From NCBI GenBank assembly GCA_050013255.1, contig JBEKFP010000001.1:96001-160000 (forward strand): a stretch of 64,000 bases of DNA. Direction: 5' to 3'. Shown one piece after another: positions 1 through 10,301 of the stretch. Position numbers and translations under genes: made by a program. The DNA comes from Candidatus Bathyarchaeia archaeon (GTDB lineage: Archaea > Thermoproteota > Bathyarchaeia > 40CM-2-53-6). How positions within the stretch are numbered: position 1 is the stretch's first letter; each line of letters begins with the position of its first letter. The notes under the pieces are model-generated. The model did no database searches and was not told the DNA's origin. It saw only the letters and a program-made list of their open reading frames with translations.

Positions 1-1237
1 CCTCATTTACCTCGGCTACTTTCTTCCCACATTTATCGAAGTTCACCGTGAACTCCATGAAGTGGAATGCCTCAAAACCCGGGGCTGACACCCCTCGGAT
101 TTTCCGTAACTGTTCAATTGCGTACGAGGTCCTATCCAAGATTGTCGCGCAAAGCTCCCTCAAACCCTTCGGGCCTTGAAGAGCGAGGTACATTGCGGCA
201 GCTAACGCCAAGAGAGCCTCATTTGTGCAAATGTTCGATGTGGCCTTCTCTCGACGAATGTGTTGCTCACGCGTTTGTAACGCCATGCAGTAGGCGTCCT
301 GCTTACCATCTTGTGTTGTTGTTTTTCCGATGATTCGGCCTGGCATTTGCCTGAGGAGCGGATCGCCTTTGCATGCAAAAATGCCCAGTAGGGGCCCGCC
401 ATAGTTCATATGGTTACCAAGCGGCTGCCCTTCACCAACAACTATGTCCGCGCCCACCTCTCCTGGTGCTTTCAAAACGCCTAGCGAGATAGGTTCGCAT
501 CCAACAAGAAATAGAGCCCCGCTCTTGTGGGCCAGTTGAGCTATCTCTTCGCACGACTGTTCAACGAAACCAAGAAACGACGGACATTCCAAGTAAACCC
601 CGGCGGTACGGTCGGACACCTTCCTCTTCAGATCGGTAAGGTCAACGGCCCCTGTCCGTTTATCCTGTTCAACCTCAACGATCTTGATGTCTGCAGGTTC
701 GCAAAAAGTTCTCAGAGTTGAAAGACGTTCAGGGTGAATGAAGTGTGGCACAATGAACTCGGAACGGTGAGTCACTCTCGAAGCCATCCTAGCTGCCTCT
801 CCCAGCGCAGTCGACCAATCGTACAGCGAGCTGTTGGAGTAGTCCATTGCGGTTAGCTCGCAGATCATGCTTTGATATTCGAACAAGGCTTGTAGCATTC
901 CTTGCGAGATTTCCGGTTGGTATGGCGTGTAAGAGGTTAGGAATTCGCCTCTGCTGATAATCGCGTCCACCGCGGCTGGAACATGGTGCGGCCAGATACC
1001 CCCTCCGAGAAAAGATAGCACATCACGGGTTGAGAGGTTCTTGTTCAGAAGCCCTTCGACATGACGTCTAGCCTCCATCTCCGAGAGCTTCGATGGAATC
1101 GCTAGGGAGCCCTTCGTTCGTACGGCAAGTGGGATGTCTTTGTAAAGGTCCTCAATTGTTCGAGCGCCAATCTCCTTGAGCATCTGGCGCGTAATGGATT
1201 CCTCAGCATTCGGAATGTACGGATGAGGTTTCGACAA
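1..1237 (-). CDS. gcvPA: Glycine dehydrogenase (decarboxylating) subunit 1, glycine cleavage P protein; runs off the left edge of the window
   Basis: Not in the ORF track. Manual translation of the - strand from TTG at 1237 gives (M)SKPHPYIPNAEESITRQMLKEIG... and later ALQTREQHIRREKATSNICTNEAL, the GcvPA signature. Confidence 0.93.
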   Translation of the reverse strand, partial: MSKPHPYIPNAEESITRQMLKEIGARTIEDLYKDIPLAVRTKGSLAIPSKLSEMEARRHVEGLLNKNLSTRDVLSFLGGGIWPHHVPAAVDAIISRGEFLTSYTPYQPEISQGMLQALFEYQSMICELTAMDYSNSSLYDWSTALGEAARMASRVTHRSEFIVPHFIHPERLSTLRTFCEPADIKIVEVEQDKRTGAVDLTDLKRKVSDRTAGVYLECPSFLGFVEQSCEEIAQLAHKSGALFLVGCEPISLGVLKAPGEVGADIVVGEGQPLGNHMNYGGPLLGIFACKGDPLLRQMPGRIIGKTTTQDGKQDAYCMALQTREQHIRREKATSNICTNEALLALAAAMYLALQGPKGLRELCATILDRTSYAIEQLRKIRGVSAPGFEAFHFMEFTVNFDKCGKKVAEVNE

Positions 1238-1513
1238 GTTATCGCGTCCTCGCGCCGGCCTTTACCTGTTGTACATATTATTCGGTTTTGGTCATCTGAG
1301 AGAATGGGAAATCATTCATCGTTCAGATTCATGCTAGAGGCTACCTTCAGTTCTTCCGGGATTCCTATTCTACGCTTAAACTCGTAGATTGTCTTAGTTG
1401 TGGAGATCGGCTTTGTCTGATTGAACCGTAAGTGTTTTCTTTAAACGTCGCATTAACCTCCCTCTCGCTTGCGAGCTGAGGGAAAATAGACGCAAAACTA
1501 TGGAGCCAAGACG

Positions 1514-2284
1514 TTGCATCTTCCCTGTGGTATTGACCGCACAGCTGTTGTGGAAGAGAAGCGCCTCCTTGCGCCTGAGACACATGTTGGTCCTGGTGCT
1601 CGCATAATTGGAGCTGTGAAGACCTCTAGGGGAGCATTCATCGATGCGAACGCGACGCTTTACGGCCCTCTCGCAGTAGGTAAACGCACGTATATCGGAC
1701 CGAACTGCGTCATCGGGTTCCCTGCTGCCAATGAGCTCAAAGAGTTGACGCGTTCACACCAGATCAAGCGGAAGAAAACGACCACGCTGGGCGACAACTG
1801 CACATTAAGAGCGGGCACAATTCTCTACTCAGATGTTCGAGTCGCTGACGAAGTCGCATTCGGCCACAACGTGCTCGTGAGAGAAAATGTGACGATCGGC
1901 CCCCAAACAAAAATTGGAACCAATGTTGTGATTGATGGAAGCACACGCATAGGAGCGAAGGTTTCGATACAAACTGGGGTATACATCTGCACATATTCGG
2001 TTGTCGAGGACGGAGTCTTCCTCGGCCCCTGTTGCGTCTTCACAAACGACAAATACGTCGTCCAGAAACCATTCAAACTTATCGGGCCTACCGTGAAGAA
2101 AGGCGCAAGCATTGGCGCGAACGCGCTACTGTTTCCTGGGGTGACAGTGGGAGAAGGAGCTGTTGTGGGTTCGCAGGCGATGGTGAATTCCGATGTTCCT
2201 GCCCGAACAATTTTCGTGGGCCTCCCAGCTAGGAAATTGAGGGATGTACCCGACGATTGGCGGTCGTCACTTTTGCAAAGTTGA
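1514..2284 (+). CDS. Hexapeptide-repeat (left-handed beta-helix) N-acetyltransferase, WbpD/sugar acyltransferase-like
   Basis: Repeated IGxxxx hexapeptides; FLGPCCVFTND and KKGASIGANA motifs. Confidence 0.85.
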   Translation: MHLPCGIDRTAVVEEKRLLAPETHVGPGARIIGAVKTSRGAFIDANATLYGPLAVGKRTYIGPNCVIGFPAANELKELTRSHQIKRKKTTTLGDNCTLRAGTILYSDVRVADEVAFGHNVLVRENVTIGPQTKIGTNVVIDGSTRIGAKVSIQTGVYICTYSVVEDGVFLGPCCVFTNDKYVVQKPFKLIGPTVKKGASIGANALLFPGVTVGEGAVVGSQAMVNSDVPARTIFVGLPARKLRDVPDDWRSSLLQS

Positions 2285-2382
2285 TTCAATCCGGGTCAAC
2301 AGAACGAATAAATATTGAACTTTGCATTCACGGGGCGCCATATGTATGAGCATAACCCGATGAAAGCGGAGTCAAGCTGAGG

Positions 2383-4110
2383 TTGAAGATAAAGTTCGTA
2401 CTGGTTATCACAATCTTGCTTCTCGCTCTTGCAATGGCCACACCGCTCCAATCGACGAAGGCGCAGACCAACCAGACCAATCTAACCATTCATGTCGTAA
2501 GAGTAGTGGCAGTTGGAGTCTGGGGAGTCACACATGTAACCGACTTCTTCACAATTCAGAACAACGGAACGGCGACAGCATCATCTCTTGATTTCGGGTT
2601 TTCACGCTTATACCGAAACAACGTGTACTACGCCAGTGCAAAGGATAGCCAAGGAAGAGATTTACTGCTGGACGCAGACGTAGCCCAGGGCACTGAAATC
2701 TACTGGATGCGTGCCCACTTCGCCCAGGACTTGGGTCCTAACCAAACCTACGTTTTCACAGTGCAATCCGTATTGAACGGCGTGTTAACTCAGGCCCCAG
2801 GAGGCTACCAGTACAATTTCACCGCAGCCCCCATCCTCAATCAAGACGCTAGTTACGCCAATGTGACTTTCATTGGTGCACCAGGATCCACATTCATCCT
2901 TCCCAACCCGACTCCATATCAAACGTTCACTTATCAGGGCCAACCTGCCCTCTTCAGGCACTTCAAGCCTTGGAAAGCCAACTCCCTTGATTCATTTTAC
3001 GCGCCCTACAGAACCGTAGGAGAGTACCTCGTCGACCTCTCATCCGTGGAGCGCGATATCAACGTGGGAAGCACTGGCGACCTCACTATAACGGACACCT
3101 ACAACCTTCACAACATCGGCATAGAAATTACATCATTGACGATTTCGCTTCCACAAGGCGCGTCGAACGTTATGGCCTACGATGTTGTGGGTGCAATGTG
3201 GACCAGCCCACAAAACCCAGCCGCACCATACCAAATCACAATCTCGCCAAGGTACACAGCGGGCATTGGAACCAATCAGAACTTTGCATTCACATTGACC
3301 TACAATATCCCACAGTCACAGTACCTCAAACAACTCAATTGGTGGGGAACGTACAACCTGACCATCGGCCTTCTCAACAATGCGGACGACTTCCTTTTCG
3401 ATGCAGCAACCGTTAAACTGATAACTCCAAGCGGAGTGACCGTTGCTAACGTTAAGACTCCTACTCAACCATCCCTCACAAATCCAATTCAGTACGACCC
3501 AACAGATCGAGCTTTTGCACTCCAAGGCATCACCAACCAGAACAACGTAACTGTTGGACTGATCCTGAACTATGCGCCCTTCTGGTCAGCGTATGGGGCG
3601 TTACCCTGGATCTTTGGCCTCGAACTTGCCCTCGCGGCATTTGCCCTAGCCGTCAAGGTCAGACGAGGCCCAGAGCTCGCGGTACCGGTTCCTGTTGAGA
3701 AGCTTAGAGAATTCGTCGGCCTATATGACGAAAGGCTCGCATTGTCAAGAGAACTCGTTGTAATGGAAGAAGAAGTGGCCAGAGGCGGTCTCGTGAAGCA
3801 TGAGTTTAGAAGACGAACGAAAGTGATGGAACTCAGGCTGGACGAGATTAACAAATCGCTTATGGAAGTTAAAGCTGAGCTGCGTGGCATTACCCCACGG
3901 TACGATGAGTTGATACGTAGAATCGATAGAGCCGAAGCCGAGATACACGTCTCACGAGCCAGCCTTAGCCAAGTAAGGTCCCAGTACAGATCGGGCAAAA
4001 CAACTCGTGAAACTTACGACGCCATGGTGAAGGATATCATGAAACGTATCGACCGTGCAGAAGAGACTGTAGAGACGATTCTGATCACTTTGCGAGAAGA
4101 CGCAAGGTAG
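2383..4110 (+). CDS. Ribophorin I (OST1/RPN1)-like type I membrane protein
   Basis: Signal peptide; repeated beta domain (VVRVVAVGVWGVTHVTDFFTIQNNG / VERDINVGSTGDLTITDTYNLHNIG); PRY...FTLTYNIPQSQYL resembling the RPN1 PRFP...YNLPSYEYL segment; many N-x-T sequons; one TM helix; helical cytoplasmic tail. Confidence 0.65.
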   Translation: MKIKFVLVITILLLALAMATPLQSTKAQTNQTNLTIHVVRVVAVGVWGVTHVTDFFTIQNNGTATASSLDFGFSRLYRNNVYYASAKDSQGRDLLLDADVAQGTEIYWMRAHFAQDLGPNQTYVFTVQSVLNGVLTQAPGGYQYNFTAAPILNQDASYANVTFIGAPGSTFILPNPTPYQTFTYQGQPALFRHFKPWKANSLDSFYAPYRTVGEYLVDLSSVERDINVGSTGDLTITDTYNLHNIGIEITSLTISLPQGASNVMAYDVVGAMWTSPQNPAAPYQITISPRYTAGIGTNQNFAFTLTYNIPQSQYLKQLNWWGTYNLTIGLLNNADDFLFDAATVKLITPSGVTVANVKTPTQPSLTNPIQYDPTDRAFALQGITNQNNVTVGLILNYAPFWSAYGALPWIFGLELALAAFALAVKVRRGPELAVPVPVEKLREFVGLYDERLALSRELVVMEEEVARGGLVKHEFRRRTKVMELRLDEINKSLMEVKAELRGITPRYDELIRRIDRAEAEIHVSRASLSQVRSQYRSGKTTRETYDAMVKDIMKRIDRAEETVETILITLREDAR

Positions 4111-4183
4111 ACCACGGAAGCTATTAGAATCCGCCCACAACTTCTAAGCCGCTTCAGCTTGAAGGCGAAGCCTAGTGTGATTA

Positions 4184-5434
4184 ATGGCCGATCAAATCCC
4201 AGTCTCAAAATTGCAGGAATGGCTGCGGAAATCCCTCTCATCCAGCCTCACCCAAGCAGAGCGTGAGCGCGACAAGCTGATGGGTGAGATAAAACGTGGA
4301 TTGGATTCAATTACTGAATTCTGCAGCCAATTGTCACGTAAGGCACAACAGGACATGGAATCAAAGCGGGACAATAGAGCACAGTATAGGGCGGCAAAAG
4401 CAGTGGCACGGTTGACGGCCATAATCCCGGAAATGTGCAAGCAGTTTAACGTCCCTACAGAGAACGACTCTACCAGCTTAAGAAACCTGCAACGCGAGAC
4501 CTCGAAGCTCGCATCCGAAGCGGCACGAACCAGGGAGACTTGGCTTCGCCAGATTAGGCCTTACTACATTATCGACATGATGACGCTGGGAGGCAACATT
4601 GACAAGCTACGTAGGCTGGGCGACGAGCTTCACAATTTCCTGATAGGGCACGGATCTTTACTACGATCGCTGGAGGAGTTGAACGAGAAACTTGAGTCCC
4701 TTGCAAAGTTGCAGGCCTTTAGAGATTCAGCAACTCAACAGAGACGGTCATTGGAGGAGAAACTTGGCGAAACGGAACGTGTCAACAACTCGTTGAAAAA
4801 CGAAGTTGGCGAAATTCGTCAGAACCCAAAGATCAAGAAGTACATGGAAATTAATACTGAGCTAAGAGCACTTAGAAGCGAATTGATACGAACCGGGTTC
4901 AGCAGGCTTGGTAGGCCCTTCAAGAAGCTCGTATCGATTTCAGAACGCGGGGATTACGCGCTTCCAATTGAAGTACGGGAAAGTGCGAAGGAGTACACGA
5001 AGAAGCCATTCGCCACTTTCCTCTCTGAAGAAAGCGGTTATCCTCGGCTAAAGGCAGTAATGTCTGCTCTGTCTGGTGCCGTTTCTAGCGGAAAACTGGC
5101 CCTCAAGCAACGGGAAGCTAAGAAAGTGATTGAGCGAACGGACCAGGTTGTTTCCGGTAATTCGTTGGCAAAGGTGCATGAATTGTCGAGAGATCGCAAG
5201 CGCACCTATGATGAGTTCTTGGCCGATAAGGAAACGGCTGCCCTGGTGCAACAGCTTAGGGAGCTTCGTGTGAAGGGTCGAGCAAACCGGGCTGTCCATG
5301 ATGAACTCAAAGTTGACCTACGACGTGCAATTGGGAATGAAAAGCGATTCGACGAGCAGGTTAGTTCTCTGTTAGCAGAAATCGAATCCTTCTCACGCAA
5401 ACTATCTGGCGCCGACTTGAAACTAGAACTATAG
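4184..5434 (+). CDS. Long coiled-coil hypothetical protein
   Basis: 416-aa ORF rich in E/K/R/L heptads; no recognisable catalytic motif. Confidence 0.7.
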   Translation: MADQIPVSKLQEWLRKSLSSSLTQAERERDKLMGEIKRGLDSITEFCSQLSRKAQQDMESKRDNRAQYRAAKAVARLTAIIPEMCKQFNVPTENDSTSLRNLQRETSKLASEAARTRETWLRQIRPYYIIDMMTLGGNIDKLRRLGDELHNFLIGHGSLLRSLEELNEKLESLAKLQAFRDSATQQRRSLEEKLGETERVNNSLKNEVGEIRQNPKIKKYMEINTELRALRSELIRTGFSRLGRPFKKLVSISERGDYALPIEVRESAKEYTKKPFATFLSEESGYPRLKAVMSALSGAVSSGKLALKQREAKKVIERTDQVVSGNSLAKVHELSRDRKRTYDEFLADKETAALVQQLRELRVKGRANRAVHDELKVDLRRAIGNEKRFDEQVSSLLAEIESFSRKLSGADLKLEL

Positions 5435-5447
5435 TAGAGGTTACTTA

Positions 5448-7256
5448 CTAGATGAGAACTCGAATTCTCTGTTTAGAAACTAAGGCACGTAAGAGGTTTC
5501 GGCCCAAGTCAGATTTCTTTGAGACTCTGATCTGGCCCTTCTTGCCGATGGTTGCAGAGAACAGGTATTGGTCTCCAACGTAAACGTTCGCAGCTGTGCC
5601 CGTCAGATCTTCTTCAAACACTATGTCAATTCGATTTCCTACTTCTCTAATCTCGTAGCGAACCTCTTTCCCTGAGGAGCTAGGTGCCAAAGGTTCTACG
5701 TCGATTTTGACGCCTAGTTTTTCTTCAAGTTTCGTGACTGTGACACCCTTCTTTCCTATGAGTATGGGAACAATCTCGTTGTCGACTCGAACAACGGCAC
5801 GGTTGCCAGATACCAATGTGACCTCAGCGCCGGGGTCGAATTTCCTAATTTCTTGCAGTATTCTTTCCTCAGCTAACTTTTGTGTAGCGCTGATTGCGGG
5901 TTTTGCATCGCTTACTGGAATAATCACGTTCTCCTCGCCGAAGGTGTAGATCTCGAATTGTAAGGACCCGTTCTCGAAGTCGCGCACTTCAACAACTGGC
6001 CTCGCGAGGTCGGCCTCGATCATGCCCGTCGGAACCTTAACCGTGAGGTTTAGAGTGAAGAGGCTTCGGACTTCTCCATATTGGATGAAGATTATCGTGT
6101 CTATGATATGCGGGATCATTCCCAGCTCGACGCGGCCAATGAATCGTTGTATAGCGTTGATTGCCTCACTAGCGTGCACGACGCCAATCATCCCGACTCC
6201 TGCCAAGCGCATGTCAGCGAAGATCATGAAGTCCTTGCCTCGTCTCACCTCGTCGAACACGGTATAATCCGGCCTAACTAGGAGAAGAATCTCAGCGGTT
6301 TTCTCGAAATCTCCCTCCAGGGGACCGTATTGTGTGATTTCTGGGCCAACCTGCAAGTCTCGCGGTGACTCAAGCGTCTTGACGATCTTGTTCTGCCTCC
6401 AGTAGAACTCGGCTAGGGAAGAGGCAAAGGTAGTTTTTCCTGACCCGGGAGGGCCTGCTATTAGAATCCCTTCCGCTCCCGTTGCGAGCCGTTCCATCAG
6501 CTTTGTGGAAAGGCGATAGTCTTGTAGCGTGAGGCTAACTACGGGCCGAACGATTGTAACTTCCAAGCCGTCGGATAGTGGGGGTCTGGTGATTGCAACA
6601 CGGTAGCGTCCCAATTGGATTACCATCGCTCCGGCTCTGTTTATTTCGACAAAGCCTTCCCTGCTGACCCTTGCCGCCTCGGTTATCTCTCGAATGATTT
6701 GCTCAACTTCCTGTGTTGAGCTCGGTGTTTCGGAGAGGGCGACCAGCTCAAATTTGCCGGGCTTTCCTCTCTTTGCGAGTGCCCGCGTCCCCTCTTTCAG
6801 ATGGATGCTTGACGTGTCGGGTGTGAACAACTTCTCAAAAGCAAGATCAGTGGTTCTCACTTCGCCAGGGACATGTTTCACCTGTACGCCCGACGCTTCA
6901 GCTACCAGGGCTTGCACGTAATCGGCCGTCAGCAGAGTTCCATTCTCAGACCTAGCAACATCAGTGATGAGAGCATCGAGCCTACCGCTCCTCGCCAGCA
7001 TGATATCATTGTAGCCAGGCCGCTGCCCGAGAAATGTTAGCTTGATACCTTTACTCTCACAAAAAACCCGCAGCTTCTTGATTTCCTCAAGCCCAACGAA
7101 ACCTGGCTCTCGTCCTTTCGAAGCCTGTGCCTGAAGTTCATCTAACACTGCGTATGGGATTATTATCTCAACGTCAGTTAGTCCACCCTTCTCAATTACC
7201 GACGGCACGTTGCCGTCTATGATTATCGATGTATCGGGGACGAGTTTCTGAGTCAA
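5448..7256 (-). CDS. PINA-family ATPase (PIN domain + P-loop ATPase + KH domain)
   Basis: N-terminal PIN (VPDTSIIIDG), Walker A GPPGSGKT, LESPRDLQ, DEVR, C-terminal KH (LIGKKG). Confidence 0.9.
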   Translation of the reverse strand: MTQKLVPDTSIIIDGNVPSVIEKGGLTDVEIIIPYAVLDELQAQASKGREPGFVGLEEIKKLRVFCESKGIKLTFLGQRPGYNDIMLARSGRLDALITDVARSENGTLLTADYVQALVAEASGVQVKHVPGEVRTTDLAFEKLFTPDTSSIHLKEGTRALAKRGKPGKFELVALSETPSSTQEVEQIIREITEAARVSREGFVEINRAGAMVIQLGRYRVAITRPPLSDGLEVTIVRPVVSLTLQDYRLSTKLMERLATGAEGILIAGPPGSGKTTFASSLAEFYWRQNKIVKTLESPRDLQVGPEITQYGPLEGDFEKTAEILLLVRPDYTVFDEVRRGKDFMIFADMRLAGVGMIGVVHASEAINAIQRFIGRVELGMIPHIIDTIIFIQYGEVRSLFTLNLTVKVPTGMIEADLARPVVEVRDFENGSLQFEIYTFGEENVIIPVSDAKPAISATQKLAEERILQEIRKFDPGAEVTLVSGNRAVVRVDNEIVPILIGKKGVTVTKLEEKLGVKIDVEPLAPSSSGKEVRYEIREVGNRIDIVFEEDLTGTAANVYVGDQYLFSATIGKKGQIRVSKKSDLGRNLLRALVSKQRIRVLI

Positions 7257-7389
7257 TGCCCAATCCTTGCGCTGCTACCAGTAGAGCGCTGTCAATAAAA
7301 ACAGTACCGACCAGCGAAGTCAAGTGAAAAGCCGCTCAGGCGGCAAACCTCTCATATTGGAGCTTGCAAACTAAGAGCCGAGGATAGCG

Positions 7390-7911
7390 TTGGAGCGCTG
7401 CACGTCTTCTTCGCGCGTTTACGATGGCCGAATCCTGAATTTTCGCGTTGACCAGGTGACGTTGGGGACCGGCAAGACAACGAAACGTGAAATCATTGAA
7501 CATCGCGGTGCCGCTGCAATTGTCCCGGTAACCCGAGACCGCGATGTCATTCTAGTGCGTCAATACAGGTACGCAATAACAACAAACCTACTCGAAATCC
7601 CCGCCGGAACTATGGAACCAGGAGAAACACCTGAGCAATGCGCTTCGAGAGAACTTGAAGAAGAGACGGGATACAGGTGCAAGGAGATTGAGAAGATATT
7701 GGAATTTTTCCCCGTTCCAGGTTACAGCACAGAGAAGATTCACGTTTACCTAGCTAAGGGGCTCATCGACTCGAAGATGCATACCGAAGATGACGAGAAG
7801 ATCGAACTGGAAATAATGCCCTTCCATAGAGCCTTGGAAAAAGTTCGGTCGGGAGAGATCCAGGATGCAAAATCGATCTGCGCACTTTACCGGGCCGCTG
7901 AACTGATTTAG
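7390..7911 (+). CDS. NUDIX hydrolase (ADP-ribose pyrophosphatase-like)
   Basis: Nudix box GTMEPGETPEQCASRELEEETG; LVRQYRY; IQDAKS. Confidence 0.9.
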   Translation: MERCTSSSRVYDGRILNFRVDQVTLGTGKTTKREIIEHRGAAAIVPVTRDRDVILVRQYRYAITTNLLEIPAGTMEPGETPEQCASRELEEETGYRCKEIEKILEFFPVPGYSTEKIHVYLAKGLIDSKMHTEDDEKIELEIMPFHRALEKVRSGEIQDAKSICALYRAAELI

Positions 7912-8492
7912 TGTCTTGCCTCAATTTTGAAGAAAGCAGGTTGGCCCGATGAGATCATCGCCATGACTTCCTCTTTCAGTGCGGATAAATTGATGCCGAA
8001 ATGTTCGTTGTGGTATTTTTCCAGTTTCTCATGAGCACGTTTCATAACTGAGAGCGTGATGTCTTGTTCGCTTTTTTGCAAGTGAACGAGAGCAGCGGCT
8101 AGGAGAATGATGCCCTGTAGGATCTCTTTCTCGGAACCGCTGGACCTTCTCCACGCTGCCTCTAGGGCTTCGTGGCTCTCCCAATATCTCTCCTCATTGA
8201 ACAGGGCCAGGCCTAGTTTGACAGCCTCCGAGTTTTCCATGATCGCGGTTTCCACGTCTAGTTCACGAATCGTCAACAACGAGCCAACCTTATCACCAAG
8301 AACCTGAACGGCCTTGTCTAAGTTAGCCATGGAGTCGATTAAGAGGTCGAGTTCTACAGCGGAACTGCTGATCCGGAGATTTCCTATGTCCCCGCCTAAT
8401 GATCGCACAGCTTCGTAAGCAAGCGAGGTTAAGGGGTGTCGGTCAGCTGGGACGTATTTTCGCTCATTTGAAAGTCGAACCAGGAACCTCAT
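7908..8492 (-). CDS. DUF309 domain protein with an N-terminal extra domain
   Basis: LFNEERYWESHEALEAAW and QGIILLAAALVH motifs. Confidence 0.85.
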   Translation of the reverse strand: MRFLVRLSNERKYVPADRHPLTSLAYEAVRSLGGDIGNLRISSSAVELDLLIDSMANLDKAVQVLGDKVGSLLTIRELDVETAIMENSEAVKLGLALFNEERYWESHEALEAAWRRSSGSEKEILQGIILLAAALVHLQKSEQDITLSVMKRAHEKLEKYHNEHFGINLSALKEEVMAMISSGQPAFFKIEARH

Positions 8493-8581
8493 TCGGGATT
8501 ACCACACTTTGAGCATGTCAGAAAACAGCTATAACAGTGGTTGAGTGTCAACAATTCTCCGATAAGAGTGAGGTTGCTCCC

Positions 8582-8992
8582 ATGTCTGAGTCACAAGAGT
8601 ATGTGGTGGACGGCAACGAAGTAAACAAACTACTGGAACCTTACAACCTTGAAGCATACCAACCCACCAGTGAACTCCACCACATGTTATCGGGCCAAGT
8701 CTTCGATGCGATCGAGAAGAAAGTCGTGAAAGGCTTGATGGATGAGATTGATAAGGCAAAACCTCAGACGGTCAGATTTCAGAACCTTGAAGCGCTGGCC
8801 TCAGGCCCTCACAAGGATTATCTTTACCCAATCTGTGGGGGACTCGCCGTCCTAATAGAAAATCTAGCCGCAAAGAACATACAAGTCACTGGGACAATTC
8901 AAAACCCATGGGTGCTACCTTGGCATTTGGTGGCGAAACTAGACAAGAACTTCAAAGGGATACCGGCCCCCGGCCAAACACAACCCCCGTAG
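8582..8992 (+). CDS. Hypothetical protein
   Basis: 136-aa ORF with GAGGT SD-like sequence before ATG 8582; no family recognised. Confidence 0.65.
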   Translation: MSESQEYVVDGNEVNKLLEPYNLEAYQPTSELHHMLSGQVFDAIEKKVVKGLMDEIDKAKPQTVRFQNLEALASGPHKDYLYPICGGLAVLIENLAAKNIQVTGTIQNPWVLPWHLVAKLDKNFKGIPAPGQTQPP

Positions 8993-9102
8993 AATCGACG
9001 GGATAGGTAGGTCCGGTCTTCGCAAACCCGCTGACTCAAGGCTCACAGTTGCAGGGTAACGGTTAATTCTGAGCCCACTTTCTTCGAGACAGGTAACTTC
9101 TA

Positions 9103-9564
9103 TTGTCAGTCGAGATTGGACAGAAACTTCCGGATTTCCAACTCCACGACCAGGATCGTAAGCCACGTTCTTTGAGCGACTTCCTAGGAAAGAAAACCAT
9201 TCTGGCGTTCTTCCCAGGAGCTTTCACAGGACCTTGCACGAAAGAGATGTGCACCTTCAGAGACTCATTACCATCCTTACCCGGCCAAGTTGTTGCCGTA
9301 AGCGTCAATGACCCTTTCACAAACAAAGGCTTCGCCGAAACACACAATTTGCAATTTCCCATACTCAGCGATTATTCAAGGGAGACTATCAAGAAATTCA
9401 ACATCATAATGAACGACTTCGCTGGGCTGAAAGGCTATGCAGCAGCAAAAAGGTCTGTGTTCATATTAGACGAGAAAGGCATCGTTCGCTACAGGTGGGT
9501 TTCTGAAGATCCGACGAAGGAACCAAACTACGACGAAGTCAAGAAAACGTTAGCCAGTCTCTAA
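9103..9564 (+). CDS. Peroxiredoxin (BCP/PrxQ-like)
   Basis: FFPGAFTGPCTKEMCTFRD (PxxxTxxC with resolving Cys). Confidence 0.9.
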   Translation: MSVEIGQKLPDFQLHDQDRKPRSLSDFLGKKTILAFFPGAFTGPCTKEMCTFRDSLPSLPGQVVAVSVNDPFTNKGFAETHNLQFPILSDYSRETIKKFNIIMNDFAGLKGYAAAKRSVFILDEKGIVRYRWVSEDPTKEPNYDEVKKTLASL

Positions 9565-9656
9565 ACTACGCTTCAGCCCTATCTGCGAGAGCTTCACATT
9601 CACTTCAGTTCTAAAATAGAGTAGGGGAAAAAGAGGGGCCTCGGTTCCATCACGAC

Positions 9657-10271
9657 TTAGTCGATTGTGATCTCTCTGCCCCGCGGTTTTGGCTTCACTT
9701 TTCGGAGGACGATTTCCAGAACGCCGTTGTTGTATGATGCCTTGGAAGTGTCTGGGTCAACGCTGGTTGGGAGTTCAATTTCCTTGTAGTATTTGCGTAT
9801 TTTCGCTGAATCGACACTGATCGTTAGTCTGTTTTCAGATATAGTAGTCTTGATGTCGGATTTTTCGACTCCGGGCAGTTCGGCAACTACGCGGACCTGT
9901 TCTGTTTCGTTGATTACGTCTACCAAGGGCTCGCGTGAGTCCTTTGGTTCTAGTGCTGGTTGTTCGAGGCCGAAGGCTCCAGGCTTCTTGGAAGGTTTGA
10001 CGTTTCCGAACTCTTGTATGACGGGTTTGCCGTCGGGGCCCATACTCATTGAGTAGCCGTAAACGAAGGGACCGAATTGTCGCATGGTTGAACCGTCAGG
10101 CAATTTCCTTTCGGTAATGCTGTCTTTAGGCATGCCTTTCGCCATGTCTTGGAACATGCGTTCGAACATTTGGTCGATATCGCTGAACCACCTGTCCATC
10201 CAACCGAAGGGTGATGCGCGTCCTCGACGTGACCTAAACCAATCGGGGAAGGATTCGTCGTCAGATGACAT
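9657..10271 (-). CDS. hsp20: Archaeal small heat-shock protein Hsp20
   Basis: GPFVYGYSMSMGPDGKPVIQEFGNV; REPLVDV; AELPGVEK; ASYNNGVLEI. Confidence 0.93.
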   Translation of the reverse strand: MSSDDESFPDWFRSRRGRASPFGWMDRWFSDIDQMFERMFQDMAKGMPKDSITERKLPDGSTMRQFGPFVYGYSMSMGPDGKPVIQEFGNVKPSKKPGAFGLEQPALEPKDSREPLVDVINETEQVRVVAELPGVEKSDIKTTISENRLTISVDSAKIRKYYKEIELPTSVDPDTSKASYNNGVLEIVLRKVKPKPRGREITID

Positions 10272-10301
10272 TCTCAAAGTTCACCTCGCATTTGCTTAAT
10301 T

